Positions 44,124-53,891 of a DNA stretch of 64,000 bases are shown in pieces (position 1 is the stretch's first letter; the number at the start of each line of letters is the position of its first letter). The position numbers and the translations under genes are program-made. Below the pieces are notes generated by a model, which was not told the DNA's origin, made no database searches, and worked only from the letters and a program-made list of their open reading frames with translations. The stretch covers positions 7,804-71,803 of the forward strand of contig CAUJET010000134.1 of assembly GCA_963169665.1 (NCBI GenBank), given 5' to 3'. The stretch is from Actinomycetota bacterium. GTDB lineage: Bacteria > Actinomycetota > Acidimicrobiia > Acidimicrobiales > Ilumatobacteraceae.

Positions 44124-45463
44124 TACGACCGGAGCTCGGTCCAGGCGTTGACCCACTCGGTGTAGGGCACGCACGTCACGTCGGTGCGCCCGTCGAGGCA
44201 CTCCTCCGTGGCGGTCTGCCAGTACCACACGTCGTTCCAGTAGTCGGTCTCCTCGGCGTGGAAGATCTCGCAGTGCTCGGCCATGCCGTCGAGCCCGCAC
44301 GACTTCGCGTTGCTCGGGGCCTCGCCGAACCACACGGCCACCTGGGAGTTCGCCCACGGGGAGGCGATCCAGTCCATCCACAGCTTCATGCAGTTGGGGT
44401 TGGCGGCCTGCGACGAGAGCATCCAGGTGTCCGACCAGCCGGTGGCGCCTTCGACGGGCTTCACCGCGTCGATCAGTGCGCCGTTGGACTGGGCGAGGTT
44501 CACGATGACCTGCCAGGTGGTGCCGGCGAGGACGGAGCCGTCCTCGAGCGCTGCCTGCTGGTCCGTGTAGAGCGCCCAGTACTGGCCGGCGAGATCCTTC
44601 TGGCTCTCGAGCAGCGCGATCGAGGCGTCGAACTGCGCCTGGTCGAGCGCGTACGGGTTCTCGATGCCGAGGTCGGGCTGGGTGGCCTTCAGGTACAGCG
44701 CCGCGTCGGCGATGTAGATCGGGCTGTCGTACACCGATACGGCGCCGTCGGCGGCGGTGCCGCCGTCGAACATGACGCCCCAGGAATCGGGCGCCTCGGG
44801 GAACGCCTCGGTGTTGTACACGAGCAGGTTCGCACCACGGCCGTGCGGGATGCCCATCGGCTCACCGTCGAGGGAGTTCCACGGCTGCAGCTTCAGGCCC
44901 TCGAAGACGTCGGCGTAGCTCGAGAACTCGGCCACGTCGATCGGGGCGATCTCGCCACCCTGGATGAGACGGGTGGTGGCGTCGCCGGACGCCGAGACGC
45001 CGTCGTACTCGCCGCTCTGCATGAGCTGCACCATCTCGTCGCTCGAGTTGCCGAGCTTCACGTTGACCTCGCATCCGGTGAGGTCGCGGAACGGCGTCAC
45101 CCAGTCGTAGGCGGGGTCGGTGGAGCCGTCCTCGATGTAGCCGGCCCACGCGATCACGTTGAGCTGACCTTCGGCGCCGGCCACGAGGTCGGCGTTCGGC
45201 GTCCACATGTAGTCGACCTCGCCGGCCGGCTCGGTGGCCGCAGGTGCCTCGGTCGCGTCGGGTGCCTCGGTGGCATCGGGCGCCTCGGTGGCATCGGGTG
45301 CCTCGGTGGCGCCGGGTGCCTCGGTGGCCGCAGGCGCCTCGGTGGCCGTGGTCTCCTCGTCGTCGTCACCGCAGGCGGTGGCCACGAGTGCGAGCGACAC
45401 CATCACGGCGACCCCTGCCAGCCGACGGTGCGATCGTCTCCTACCGGTTCCAGCTGCTGTCAT
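44123..45463 (-). CDS. ABC transporter substrate-binding lipoprotein (PotD/extracellular solute-binding family 1, polyamine-type)
   Basis: 446 aa. Lipobox LVATAC followed by (ATEAPx) hexapeptide repeats. The body resembles spermidine/putrescine-binding proteins. The ATG overlaps the ATPase stop (ATGA). Confidence 0.88.
   Translation of the reverse strand: MTAAGTGRRRSHRRLAGVAVMVSLALVATACGDDDEETTATEAPAATEAPGATEAPDATEAPDATEAPDATEAPAATEPAGEVDYMWTPNADLVAGAEGQLNVIAWAGYIEDGSTDPAYDWVTPFRDLTGCEVNVKLGNSSDEMVQLMQSGEYDGVSASGDATTRLIQGGEIAPIDVAEFSSYADVFEGLKLQPWNSLDGEPMGIPHGRGANLLVYNTEAFPEAPDSWGVMFDGGTAADGAVSVYDSPIYIADAALYLKATQPDLGIENPYALDQAQFDASIALLESQKDLAGQYWALYTDQQAALEDGSVLAGTTWQVIVNLAQSNGALIDAVKPVEGATGWSDTWMLSSQAANPNCMKLWMDWIASPWANSQVAVWFGEAPSNAKSCGLDGMAEHCEIFHAEETDYWNDVWYWQTATEECLDGRTDVTCVPYTEWVNAWTELRS
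45230..45355. repeat. Coding 18-bp tandem repeat x7 (ctcggtggcNNcgggtgc), encoding the (ATEAPx)n linker
   Basis: Seven contiguous units read on the + strand, encoding TEAPAATEAPGATEAPDATEAPDATEAPDATEAPAATE. Confidence 0.85.
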
Positions 45464-46617
45464 TGTTCGTCTCCCCCTTGTTGGAGCTCCGCGCCGAGGT
45501 GGTCAGCGGAGTGGTCGTCGAGATCCGTCGCGGTGACGGTGAAGGCCGCTCGACGCGACCAGGCCAAGCGGACGGGTCCGCCGGGCGACACGCCGGCGAG
45601 CCCATCGCTGGGCACGCTGGCGAGCAGATGGGCCGAGGAGTCGTCCAGTTGGACGCGCACTCGGCATTCGGCTCCGAGGTACTGCACGTCGACGACCGTG
45701 CCGTCGACGCTGACCTCTCCGTCGTCGACCCGGCCACCGGCGCTGCCGACGGCGACGAGGCGGATGCGCTCGGGCCGGACCGAGTGCGTGGCGTCGACGC
45801 CGAGCACGCGCGCCGACGTGACGGGATCGAGCACGTTCGAGGTGCCGACGAAGCCGGCGACGAACGACGTCGCCGGATGGTCGTAGATCTCCCGCGGGGC
45901 GCCCACCTGCTCGATGCGGCCGTGGTTGAAGACCGCGATCCGGCTGCTCATCGAGAGCGCCTCGCCCTGGTCGTGGGTGACGAAGACGAACGTGATGCCG
46001 ACCTCGTGCTGGATCGACTTCAGTTCGACCTGCATCTCCTCGCGGAGCTTGAGGTCGAGCGCGCCGAGCGGCTCGTCGAGGAGCAGCACCTTGGGTCGGT
46101 TCACGAGCGCTCGGGCGAGCGCCACGCGCTGGCGCTGACCGCCGGACATCTCGTGCGGCTTGCGCTTGCCGAAGCTGCCGAGCCGGACGGACTCCAGCAT
46201 CTCGCCGGCGCGCCGGCGGCGCTCGGCCTTGCCGACGCCTTTCACCTTCAGCCCGTACTCCACGTTCTGCTGCACGGTCAGGTGTGGGAACAGGGCGTAG
46301 TCCTGGAAGACCGTGTTGACGTCGCGGTCGTAGGGCGCCGTGCGCGTGACGTCCTGTCCACCGAGCAGCACCGCCCCACCCGTCGGCAGCTCGAAGCCGG
46401 CGATCATGCGCAGCACGGTGGTCTTGCCCGACCCCGACGGCCCGAGCAACGAGAAGAACTCGCCCTCGCCGATCTCGAGGTCGACGTCATCGACCGCGAC
46501 GACCTGGTGGGAGTCGTGACCGTCGCGACCGAAGGTCTTGCGGAGGCGCACGAGTTGGATCGCAGGCACCTGCGAGCGTTCACTTGCCACTGGCGGCGAC
46601 TCTCCCCCGTTCGACAC
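45460..46617 (-). CDS. ABC transporter ATP-binding protein (PotA-like)
   Basis: 385 aa. Walker A GPSGSGKTT, signature MSGGQRQRVALARAL, Walker B LLLDEP. The GTG start is uncertain, with downstream GTG alternatives. Confidence 0.93.
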   Translation of the reverse strand: MSNGGESPPVASERSQVPAIQLVRLRKTFGRDGHDSHQVVAVDDVDLEIGEGEFFSLLGPSGSGKTTVLRMIAGFELPTGGAVLLGGQDVTRTAPYDRDVNTVFQDYALFPHLTVQQNVEYGLKVKGVGKAERRRRAGEMLESVRLGSFGKRKPHEMSGGQRQRVALARALVNRPKVLLLDEPLGALDLKLREEMQVELKSIQHEVGITFVFVTHDQGEALSMSSRIAVFNHGRIEQVGAPREIYDHPATSFVAGFVGTSNVLDPVTSARVLGVDATHSVRPERIRLVAVGSAGGRVDDGEVSVDGTVVDVQYLGAECRVRVQLDDSSAHLLASVPSDGLAGVSPGGPVRLAWSRRAAFTVTATDLDDHSADHLGAELQQGGDEQ

Positions 46618-46759
46618 CGGCCGGAGCCGGCGAATGGCAAATCCTATGATCCCAGAGGTTTGGGGTCAATTCTCTCTGCATGACCGCAGCGTGAACGGTC
46701 CGTGCGGGTCCGACGGACGGCTCAACGAGAGGTGCCCGACGACGTGTACAGTCGCCGCC

Positions 46760-47500
46760 ATGTCGTCGACGGCAGCCACGGTCGCACGCCTGTTCAGCCC
46801 CGGCTCCGGCAACGGGTTGGCCGGGTCGGTCACGCAGCAGCTGGCCGACGCGATCCACCTCGGCCTGCTCGCCCCGGGCGAGCAGTTGCCGAGCGAGAGC
46901 TCGCTCGCCGCACAGCTCGGCATCGCCACCGTCACCCTGCGCGATGCGCTCGCGAACCTCCGCGAGCTCGGCCTCGTCGAGACCCGGCGCGGCCGTCACG
47001 GCGGGTCGTTCGTGTGCGGCCCGGTCGCAGCGTCGGCCGCACGGCTGCGCTCGCGGTTGCGCGACCTCAGCGTGGTCGAGCTGCGCGACCTCGGCGACGA
47101 GTGGACCGCGATCACGGGCGCATCGGCACGGCTCGCCGCGCGCCGGGCGAGCGCCGACGAGGTCAACCGGCTGCGGGCGTTCGCCGAGCGACTCACACGC
47201 GCACGCTCGATCGGCGACCGCGCCCGAGCGAACAGCCGGTTCGCGATCGAGCTCGCATTGACCGCCCAGTCGGAGCGCCTCACGCGCGCCGAACTGCGCC
47301 TGCAGGCCGAGTCGGGAGAGCTGCTCTGGCTCCCCACCCGCGCGCCGCTCGACCCGAAGCAGGTGGCCGCCGACCTCGCCGCGATCGCCGACGCGGTCGC
47401 CGCCGAGGACGCGGAGCGCGCCCGGTCGCTCGTCGAACGTCGCACCGAGCTGAACATGCGTTGGCTCGTGTCGGCCCACATGGAACTGGTCGACGCGTGA
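46760..47500 (+). CDS. GntR/FadR-family transcriptional regulator
   Basis: Trimmed to the ATG at 46760. winged HTH LPSESSLAAQLGIATVTLRDALANLRELGLVETRRGRHGGSFV, then a helical FCD-like C-terminal domain. Confidence 0.88.
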   Translation: MSSTAATVARLFSPGSGNGLAGSVTQQLADAIHLGLLAPGEQLPSESSLAAQLGIATVTLRDALANLRELGLVETRRGRHGGSFVCGPVAASAARLRSRLRDLSVVELRDLGDEWTAITGASARLAARRASADEVNRLRAFAERLTRARSIGDRARANSRFAIELALTAQSERLTRAELRLQAESGELLWLPTRAPLDPKQVAADLAAIADAVAAEDAERARSLVERRTELNMRWLVSAHMELVDA

Positions 47501-48234
47501 GCCGCCGCACCCGCCAGCTCCCGGCGCGCCTGGCAGCCGACGTCGTCACCCGCTGCGTACGTGAGCTCGTGGCTGCGACGGCCATCGTGTTCGCCGCGCT
47601 CGACGAGATGGCCCGACCGCTCGCGGCGGCATGGACCGACGGGCCACGACCGCTCACCACCGAGCACCTCAGCTCGCTCCAGACGCATGTGTTCCGGCAG
47701 ATGGACGAGCAGCCGACGTTCTCCGGTGCGGGCTACGTGCTCACCGAGCCGGCGCTCCGCGACCGACCGCGCTACCTCGAGTGGTGGAGCCGCTCCCCCG
47801 GCCACGGGTACGAGCCGCTCATCCTCAACCTCGACCCCGCTGCCCCCGACTACTACGACTACTACTCGATGGAGTGGTTCTTCGCCGCGCTCGCCGAGCA
47901 CCGGCGGTTCGTGTCTGGCCCGCTGATCGACCTGCCGTGTTCGAACTCGTGCATCCTCACGTTCTCCGCGCCCGTGGTCGTCGACGGCTTCCTGGTCGGC
48001 ATCGCCGGGGCCGATGTGTCGCTGGCCAAGCTGGAGTCAGCACTCCTGCCGCCGATCCGTCGACTCGATGCCCCGGCGGTACTGGTGAACAAGGAACGAC
48101 GCGTGATCCTGTCGAACGACGCGCGCTGGACCACCGGCGAGAAACTGCAGCCATTCGGCGATGGCGGCGAATGGCAGACCCTGGTCGACGTCACCGACGA
48201 CCTCGGCTGGCGGCTGGCGGTCGCCGTCGACTGA
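47497..48234 (+). CDS. Standalone Cache-like sensor domain protein (no TM helix or output domain visible)
   Basis: GTG at 47497 overlaps the GntR TGA (GTGA). YYSMEWFFAALAEHRRFVSGPLIDLPCSNSCILTFSAPVVVDGFLVGIAGADVSLAKLE matches the Cache pattern (..W[YF]......pY.D.......T...Pv...G...GV.g.Di.l..L). Confidence 0.7.
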   Translation: MSRRTRQLPARLAADVVTRCVRELVAATAIVFAALDEMARPLAAAWTDGPRPLTTEHLSSLQTHVFRQMDEQPTFSGAGYVLTEPALRDRPRYLEWWSRSPGHGYEPLILNLDPAAPDYYDYYSMEWFFAALAEHRRFVSGPLIDLPCSNSCILTFSAPVVVDGFLVGIAGADVSLAKLESALLPPIRRLDAPAVLVNKERRVILSNDARWTTGEKLQPFGDGGEWQTLVDVTDDLGWRLAVAVD

Positions 48235-48286
48235 TCGTCGGCCGAGTGACTGACGGCTTCCGGCCGGTGGCCGGCCGCGGGACCGG

Positions 48287-51200
48287 TCAGGCCGGGGTCG
48301 ACACCTTCTCGGTGACGACCTTCGACGAGCCACCTGGCTGCATGGTGACGCCGAGCAGGCAGTCGCCGGCCTCCATCGTGCGCTTCTGGTGACTCACGAT
48401 CAGCAGTTGCGCCTCTCGACGGAACTCGGCGATCAGGCCGAGGAACCGGTGCAGGTTGACGTCGTCGAGAGCAGCCTCGACCTCGTCCATCACGTAGAAC
48501 GGCGACGGGCGGCTGCGGAACACCGCGAACAGGTACGCCAGCGCGGTGAGGCTGCGCTCGCCGCCCGACAGCAACGACAGCTTCTTCACGTTCTTGCCAC
48601 TCGGCTTGGCCTCGACCTCGATGCCGGTGTTCAACAGGTCGTCGGGTTGGGTGAGCACGAGCTTGCCGGAGCCGCCGGGGAAGAGGTTGTTGAACAACTG
48701 TGTGAAATGGCCGCTCACGTCGGCGAAGGCCGCAGAGAACACGGTCTGGATCTCGAGATCGACGGCCTTGATGACCCGCAGCAACTCGCGCCGCGTCTCG
48801 CGCACGTCTTCGAGCTGCGACTCGAGGAACGTGTGCCGCTCTTGCAGTTCGTTGAACTCCTCGAGCGCCAACGGGTTGATCGGCCCCATCAGGCGGAGTT
48901 CGCGCTCCAGGTCGCGCACGCGGGCGGCCGGGTTCACGCCCTCCTTCAACGGCGGCAGCTCGGCCGCCTCGGCGACCTCCGGCTCGACGTCGTGCTCGCG
49001 GCGCAGCGCCTCGACGGCGGTCTCGAGCCGCAGCTTGGCCTCGGCGTCGTCGAGTTCGATGCGGCGCTGGCGCTCACGGTTCTCGTCGAGCTCGCGTTCG
49101 GCGGCGTTGCGCCGGCGGCGGGCCTCGTCGAGCCGCGCCGCGATCGCTCGCACCTCGTCGCTCTGCCGACGACGGACCTCGAGCAGCTCGGTGTGGCGGC
49201 CCTCGATGACGTGGCGGTGGGCGTCGACGAGCGCTGCGAGGCGTTCGATCGCCACGAGCGAACGCTCGACCGCGACGCGGCGTTCCGCCGCAGCGGCCCG
49301 TGCGGCGACGTCGGCGGCGAGGCGTCGCTCGGTCTCCTCGAGCCGGCGCTCGAGGAAGCCCTGGCGCTCGTGCAGACCGGCGTTGCGCACCTCGAGGTCC
49401 TGGCGCATCGACGAGAGGCGTGCCGCCCGTGCATCGAGCTGGGCGCGCAGCTCGCCGCGCGCCTTGGCGGCCTCTGCCTCCGCGGCCTCGTCGGCTTCGA
49501 GGGCCGGGACGAGCGCCTCGAGCTCGGTGATGTGGGCACGCTCACGGGCGATGCGTTCGTTCGCCTCGCTGAGGCTGCGCTCGAGCGCCTCCAGCTCGGC
49601 GGCGGTCTCGCGTCGCTCGGCCTGCGCACGGGCGAGCTTCTCCGAGCTCGCCGTGAACGTGGCGTCGTGCTGGTCGAGCCGGCGGGTGAGTTCGGCCTCC
49701 TGCTGACGTGCGGCCTGCAGCTCGGCTCGCGCCGCCTGTGCGGCCTGGTCGCGCGTGGCCAGCTCGGCCTGCGCGGTCGACAGGCGCTCGGTGGCCTCGT
49801 CGAGCGCAGCAGCGGTTGCACCGCCGCCCGACGCGCCGAGGCGCCAACCGGACGGCCCGAAGCGGTCGCCGTCGGCGGTGACCACGACGGCGGAGGGGTT
49901 GCCCATCGCGATGTCGACGGCCTCGTCGAAGTGATCGGCCCGGACGGCGCTGCCGAGGATCGTGTCGAGGAGCCGTTCGACCGCCGCGTTGCGGCTGCGC
50001 ACGTGCGGACGAACCGGGGAACCGGCGGTCGGCGCTGCGACCGGTGCAGCGGCACCGACGAGGCCGAGCGCCAACACCGCGCCGTGGACGTTGGAGGAAC
50101 GCAGCGACTCGAGTGCACGCCGACCGGTGGCCGGATCGTCGACCACGACGGCGAGGAGCGCGTCGCCGAGCGCCGCCTCGACGCTCGATTCCCAGCCTTC
50201 GTCGATCTCGACCAGATCGAGCAGGGTGCCGAGCGCACCATCGACGCCAGCGAGGTGCTCGGCACCGGCGCGCTCGCGGGCGGTCTCGAGGGCCATGCTC
50301 AGGGCCTCGGCCCGAGCTCGCCAGCGCGACAGCTCCTCCGCCGCGTCCTGGCGCGCGTGGGCGCTGACCTCGGCGGCGGCCTCGGCGGCGATGCGGCGCG
50401 CCTCGGCCGCCTCGACCTCGGCCACCAGCGGCGCCTCGGACTCGTTGGCCTGCTCGCACTGGATCTTCAGCCGGACGATCTCGCCCTCGAACCGCTCCGA
50501 CTTCTGGCGCAGCGACTCGGCGCGCTGCTCGAGACGGCGGGCCTCGCTCTCGGCGCGCCCCACACCGTTCTGCATCGACCGGAGTTCGCCGCGTACCTCT
50601 GCCGCCGCCGACGCCGCGGAGGTGCCCGCATTGATGTCGTTGATCGTCTGCAGGGTGGTGCGCCGGTGCTCGGCGAACTCCTGCTCCTGCGAGGCCAGCT
50701 CTTCGGCCTCGGGGCCGAGCGCTGCGAGATCTGCGGCGACGGCGTCGAGGTCGTCGCGCAGCCGTGCCGCATCCGCCTCGAGGTTGGCCACGACCCCACC
50801 GTCCATCAGTTGACCGCGGTCGCGCTCGAGCGAACGGCGCCGCTCGACCATGACCGCAGCGATGCCACGGGCACGTTCGCGGAGCTGCTCGACGCGGACC
50901 ATCTCGTCGCCGAGATCGGTGTCGCCGCGTGCGGTGAGCTCGGCCTCGGCTGCCAGCACCAGGGTGTCGAGTTGGGCGAGCTCGGCACGCAGTGCCTGTT
51001 CTTTGGTGTCGAGCTGCAGGCGGTCGCCGGCGAAGGTGGTGAGCCGAGCGCGCAGCGCCGCGATCTCGCGGCCGGCGACGAACAGCTGCAGCGCCTTGAG
51101 CTCGGCGACCAGGTCGCCGTGCCGCCGCGCCGCATCTGCCTGACGCTCGAGCGGGCGGAGCTGTCGACGAACTTCGCGCAGCAGGTCCTGGACACGCAGC

Positions 51201-51763
51201 AGGCTGGCCTCGGTGGCGTCGAGGCGCCGCTCGCTCTTCTCCTTGCGCCGCCGGTACTTCAACACGCCGGCGGCCTCTTCGATGATCGCGCGGCGGTCCT
51301 CGGGCCGTGCGTTGAGCACGGCGTCGATCTGACCTTGGCTCACGATGACGTGTTGCTGGCGGCCGACGCCGGCGTCGCTGAGCAGCTCCTGCACGTCGAG
51401 CAGTCGGCAGTTGACGCCGTTGATCGCGTACTCGCTCTCGCCCGTGCGGAACAAGGTGCGCGAGATGGTGACCTCGGTGAACTCGATGGGCAGGATGCCG
51501 GCTGAGTTGTCGAGGGTGAGCATCACCTCGGCACGGCCGAGGGCGGGACGCTTCGCAGTGCCCGCGAAGATGACGTCGTCCATCTTCTGCGAGCGCACCG
51601 AACTCGGTGCCTGAGCGCCCAACACCCACGCGATCGCATCGACCACGTTGGACTTGCCGGACCCGTTGGGGCCGACGACGACGGTGACGCCAGGTTCCAG
51701 GACCATCGTCGTCGAGTCGGCGAAGGATTTGAAACCTTTGAGGGTGAGGGACTTGAGAAACAC
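48287..51763 (-). CDS. smc: Chromosome segregation protein SMC
   Basis: 1158 aa. N-terminus MFLKSLTLKGFKSF...GPNGSGKSN, long coiled coils, a hinge, and C-terminal LSGGERSLTALAYLFA...FYVMDEVEAALD. Confidence 0.97.
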   Translation of the reverse strand: MFLKSLTLKGFKSFADSTTMVLEPGVTVVVGPNGSGKSNVVDAIAWVLGAQAPSSVRSQKMDDVIFAGTAKRPALGRAEVMLTLDNSAGILPIEFTEVTISRTLFRTGESEYAINGVNCRLLDVQELLSDAGVGRQQHVIVSQGQIDAVLNARPEDRRAIIEEAAGVLKYRRRKEKSERRLDATEASLLRVQDLLREVRRQLRPLERQADAARRHGDLVAELKALQLFVAGREIAALRARLTTFAGDRLQLDTKEQALRAELAQLDTLVLAAEAELTARGDTDLGDEMVRVEQLRERARGIAAVMVERRRSLERDRGQLMDGGVVANLEADAARLRDDLDAVAADLAALGPEAEELASQEQEFAEHRRTTLQTINDINAGTSAASAAAEVRGELRSMQNGVGRAESEARRLEQRAESLRQKSERFEGEIVRLKIQCEQANESEAPLVAEVEAAEARRIAAEAAAEVSAHARQDAAEELSRWRARAEALSMALETARERAGAEHLAGVDGALGTLLDLVEIDEGWESSVEAALGDALLAVVVDDPATGRRALESLRSSNVHGAVLALGLVGAAAPVAAPTAGSPVRPHVRSRNAAVERLLDTILGSAVRADHFDEAVDIAMGNPSAVVVTADGDRFGPSGWRLGASGGGATAAALDEATERLSTAQAELATRDQAAQAARAELQAARQQEAELTRRLDQHDATFTASSEKLARAQAERRETAAELEALERSLSEANERIARERAHITELEALVPALEADEAAEAEAAKARGELRAQLDARAARLSSMRQDLEVRNAGLHERQGFLERRLEETERRLAADVAARAAAAERRVAVERSLVAIERLAALVDAHRHVIEGRHTELLEVRRRQSDEVRAIAARLDEARRRRNAAERELDENRERQRRIELDDAEAKLRLETAVEALRREHDVEPEVAEAAELPPLKEGVNPAARVRDLERELRLMGPINPLALEEFNELQERHTFLESQLEDVRETRRELLRVIKAVDLEIQTVFSAAFADVSGHFTQLFNNLFPGGSGKLVLTQPDDLLNTGIEVEAKPSGKNVKKLSLLSGGERSLTALAYLFAVFRSRPSPFYVMDEVEAALDDVNLHRFLGLIAEFRREAQLLIVSHQKRTMEAGDCLLGVTMQPGGSSKVVTEKVSTPA

Positions 51764-51923
51764 GGCTCGTCGATCCTAGCCGGGCCTCCCGAGGCGGCGA
51801 ACCCGGCCCGGCGGCTTCGCCGTCGCGAACGGTTCGCCAGGCGCTGCCAGGGCGTCGAACACCAGGTCATCGACATCGTCGCTGACCTGCGCCGATGCAG
51901 CGGAACCGACCGGGTCGCCCGCG

Positions 51924-52766
51924 TCAGCGCTGGCAGCGGGGGCAGAAGTGCGTGGTGCGGCCGGCGTTGACGACCCGGGCGATGTCGGCCCTGCCACAGG
52001 TGATGCACCGTTGCCCGAAGCGGTCGTAGACACGATGCGCGAGCTGGAATTGCCCACCGTTTCCGTCGACGTCGACGTACTGGGTGTCGGCCAGGGTGGA
52101 GCCGCCGGCGGCGATCGCCTCCCCGAGGATGCGGTGGATCTCACGGTGCAAACGGGTGATCTCCTGGCCGGTGAGGGTGTTGGAGATGCGGTCGTGGCGC
52201 AGCCGCGACGCGTGCAGGATCTCGTCGCAGTAGATGTTCCCGATGCCGGCGATCACGTGCTGGTCGAGCAGGAGCGCCTTCAACGCTCTGGCGCGGGAAC
52301 GCACGATGCGGGCGAGCGTCGTGCGCGTCATCCCGTCGGTGATCGGGTCGACGCCGAGCTTGAACAGGTCGGGGATCTCCACCTCCACGTTCGCCGGGTC
52401 GAACACCACCACCTCGCCGAACGTGCGCGGGTCGACGAACCGCAACTCCTCCGTCGGATCCCCTGACAGCAATGCCGCGACGTGGGTGTGCGGCGGGCGG
52501 GGCTCGTCGACGGGGTGGATGAGCACCCGGCCGCTCATGCGGAGATGGATCATCACGTCGTCGCCGGTGTCGAGACCGAGCAGGAGGTACTTCCCGCGTC
52601 GGCGGGTGTCGACGATGGTGGCGCCGGTGAGTCCGTCGATCACGGCCTGGCGCGACGTGCGCCGCACGGTGCGCTCGCGGCCGACCTCGACACTGCGGAT
52701 CGTGCGGCCGACGAGGCGGACGTCGAGACCACGTCGGACGGTCTCCACCTCGGGAAGCTCGGGCAT
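51924..52766 (-). CDS. mutM: Formamidopyrimidine-DNA glycosylase
   Basis: Trimmed to the ATG at 52764-52766. MPELPEVETVRRGL and the C-terminal zinc finger CITCG...THFCPRCQ. Confidence 0.93.
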   Translation of the reverse strand: MPELPEVETVRRGLDVRLVGRTIRSVEVGRERTVRRTSRQAVIDGLTGATIVDTRRRGKYLLLGLDTGDDVMIHLRMSGRVLIHPVDEPRPPHTHVAALLSGDPTEELRFVDPRTFGEVVVFDPANVEVEIPDLFKLGVDPITDGMTRTTLARIVRSRARALKALLLDQHVIAGIGNIYCDEILHASRLRHDRISNTLTGQEITRLHREIHRILGEAIAAGGSTLADTQYVDVDGNGGQFQLAHRVYDRFGQRCITCGRADIARVVNAGRTTHFCPRCQR

Positions 52767-52800
52767 GCGCGGGTCGTCCCGTCGTTCTCGTCGGCGTCCG

Positions 52801-53523
52801 TCAGGACTCGGTGGTGAGCAGGGTGTGTGCGGCCATCGCGGCCGCCTGCTCGGCGACCTTCTTCGACCGTCCGGACCCCTCACCCACCGGTCGTCCGGCG
52901 ACCACGACGGTCGCGGTGAAGGTCTTCTGGTGGTCGGGGCCCTTCTCGCTCACGACGTAGACCGGCGCCGCGTCGAAGAGTCGAGCGGTGAGCTCCTGCA
53001 GCAACGTCTTGAAGTCGAGCCGGTCGAGCTGCTTCGCCGCCTGCTCGAGCGGACCGGTGAACAGGTGCTCGATCAGGCGTGCTGCGGCGACCACGCCACC
53101 GTCGAGGTAGACCGCGCCGATGACGGCCTCGAGCGCGTCGCTCAGGATCGACGGCTTGAGCCGCCCGCCGGCAGCGCTCTCCCCCTTGCCCAGCAACAGG
53201 CACGGACCGAGATCGATCGCCGCCGCCACCTCGGCCAGTGCCGATGCGTTCACCACGCTCTTGCGCAGATCGGTGAGCTTGCCCTCGGGCAACTCCTGGT
53301 GTTCGCGGTACGCGATGTCGGCGATCATCCAGCCGAGCACCGCGTCGCCGAGGAACTCGAGCCGCTCGTTGGACAGGTTGCCCGGGTGCTCTGCACACCA
53401 GGAACGGTGCGCCATCGCCCGCCGGAGCAGCTCCGCGTCCGCGAAGCGATGTCCGATGCGTTCGCTCAGGCCGTCGAGCAGATCGGCGGTGAGCGGCAGC
53501 GGCGCAGCGGACGTCTGGGTCAC
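52801..53523 (-). CDS. rnc: Ribonuclease III
   Basis: 240 aa. NERLEFLGDAVLG signature and a C-terminal dsRBD (PDHQKTFTATVVV). Confidence 0.95.
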   Translation of the reverse strand: MTQTSAAPLPLTADLLDGLSERIGHRFADAELLRRAMAHRSWCAEHPGNLSNERLEFLGDAVLGWMIADIAYREHQELPEGKLTDLRKSVVNASALAEVAAAIDLGPCLLLGKGESAAGGRLKPSILSDALEAVIGAVYLDGGVVAAARLIEHLFTGPLEQAAKQLDRLDFKTLLQELTARLFDAAPVYVVSEKGPDHQKTFTATVVVAGRPVGEGSGRSKKVAEQAAAMAAHTLLTTES

Positions 53524-53537
53524 CGGATCGTTCGTCC

Positions 53538-53816
53538 TCAGTCGCCCGACACGCGCGCGAAGACGTAGTCGACCGCGTCGCGCACGGTCTTGAGGTCCTC
53601 GAGGTCCTCGTCCTCGATCCGGAAATCGACCGACCGCTCGGCCATCTCCTCCTCGAGCGCCTCGACGAGTTCGATCAGCGCGAGCGAATCGGCCTCGAGG
53701 TCGTCGACGAACGACTGCCCCTCACTGATGGTCGCGCCGTCGATCTCCAGGATGTCGGCAAGGCTGGCACGGACGATCTCGAACACGGCGGCTCGGTCGA
53801 GCGGGGCATCGGACAC
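53538..53816 (-). CDS. Acyl carrier protein
   Basis: In-frame GTG at 53816. FVDDLEADSLALIELVEALEEE carries the DSL phosphopantetheine attachment motif. Confidence 0.85.
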   Translation of the reverse strand: MSDAPLDRAAVFEIVRASLADILEIDGATISEGQSFVDDLEADSLALIELVEALEEEMAERSVDFRIEDEDLEDLKTVRDAVDYVFARVSGD

Positions 53817-53891
53817 TGCAGGATCTCCTCGGGACGGGCACGCGGCGGACCGCATGTCGGCGTGGCTGGAGAGCGTAGCCCGGACGTGCGC

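Noticed and set aside
42349-44165. 567-aa and 516-aa ORFs overlapping the ABC permease genes
   Set aside because: The permease frames show TM helices and EAA loops. The overlapping frames are Arg/His/Gly/Asp-rich and lack any motif.
48389-51629. Several 400-1000-aa ORFs antisense to or out of frame with smc (48389..51505, 49542..51629, 48946..50265 and others)
   Set aside because: The SMC frame has unambiguous Walker A, hinge and signature motifs along its full length. The alternatives are low-complexity Arg/Ala/Gly frames generated by the GC-rich, repetitive coiled-coil coding sequence.
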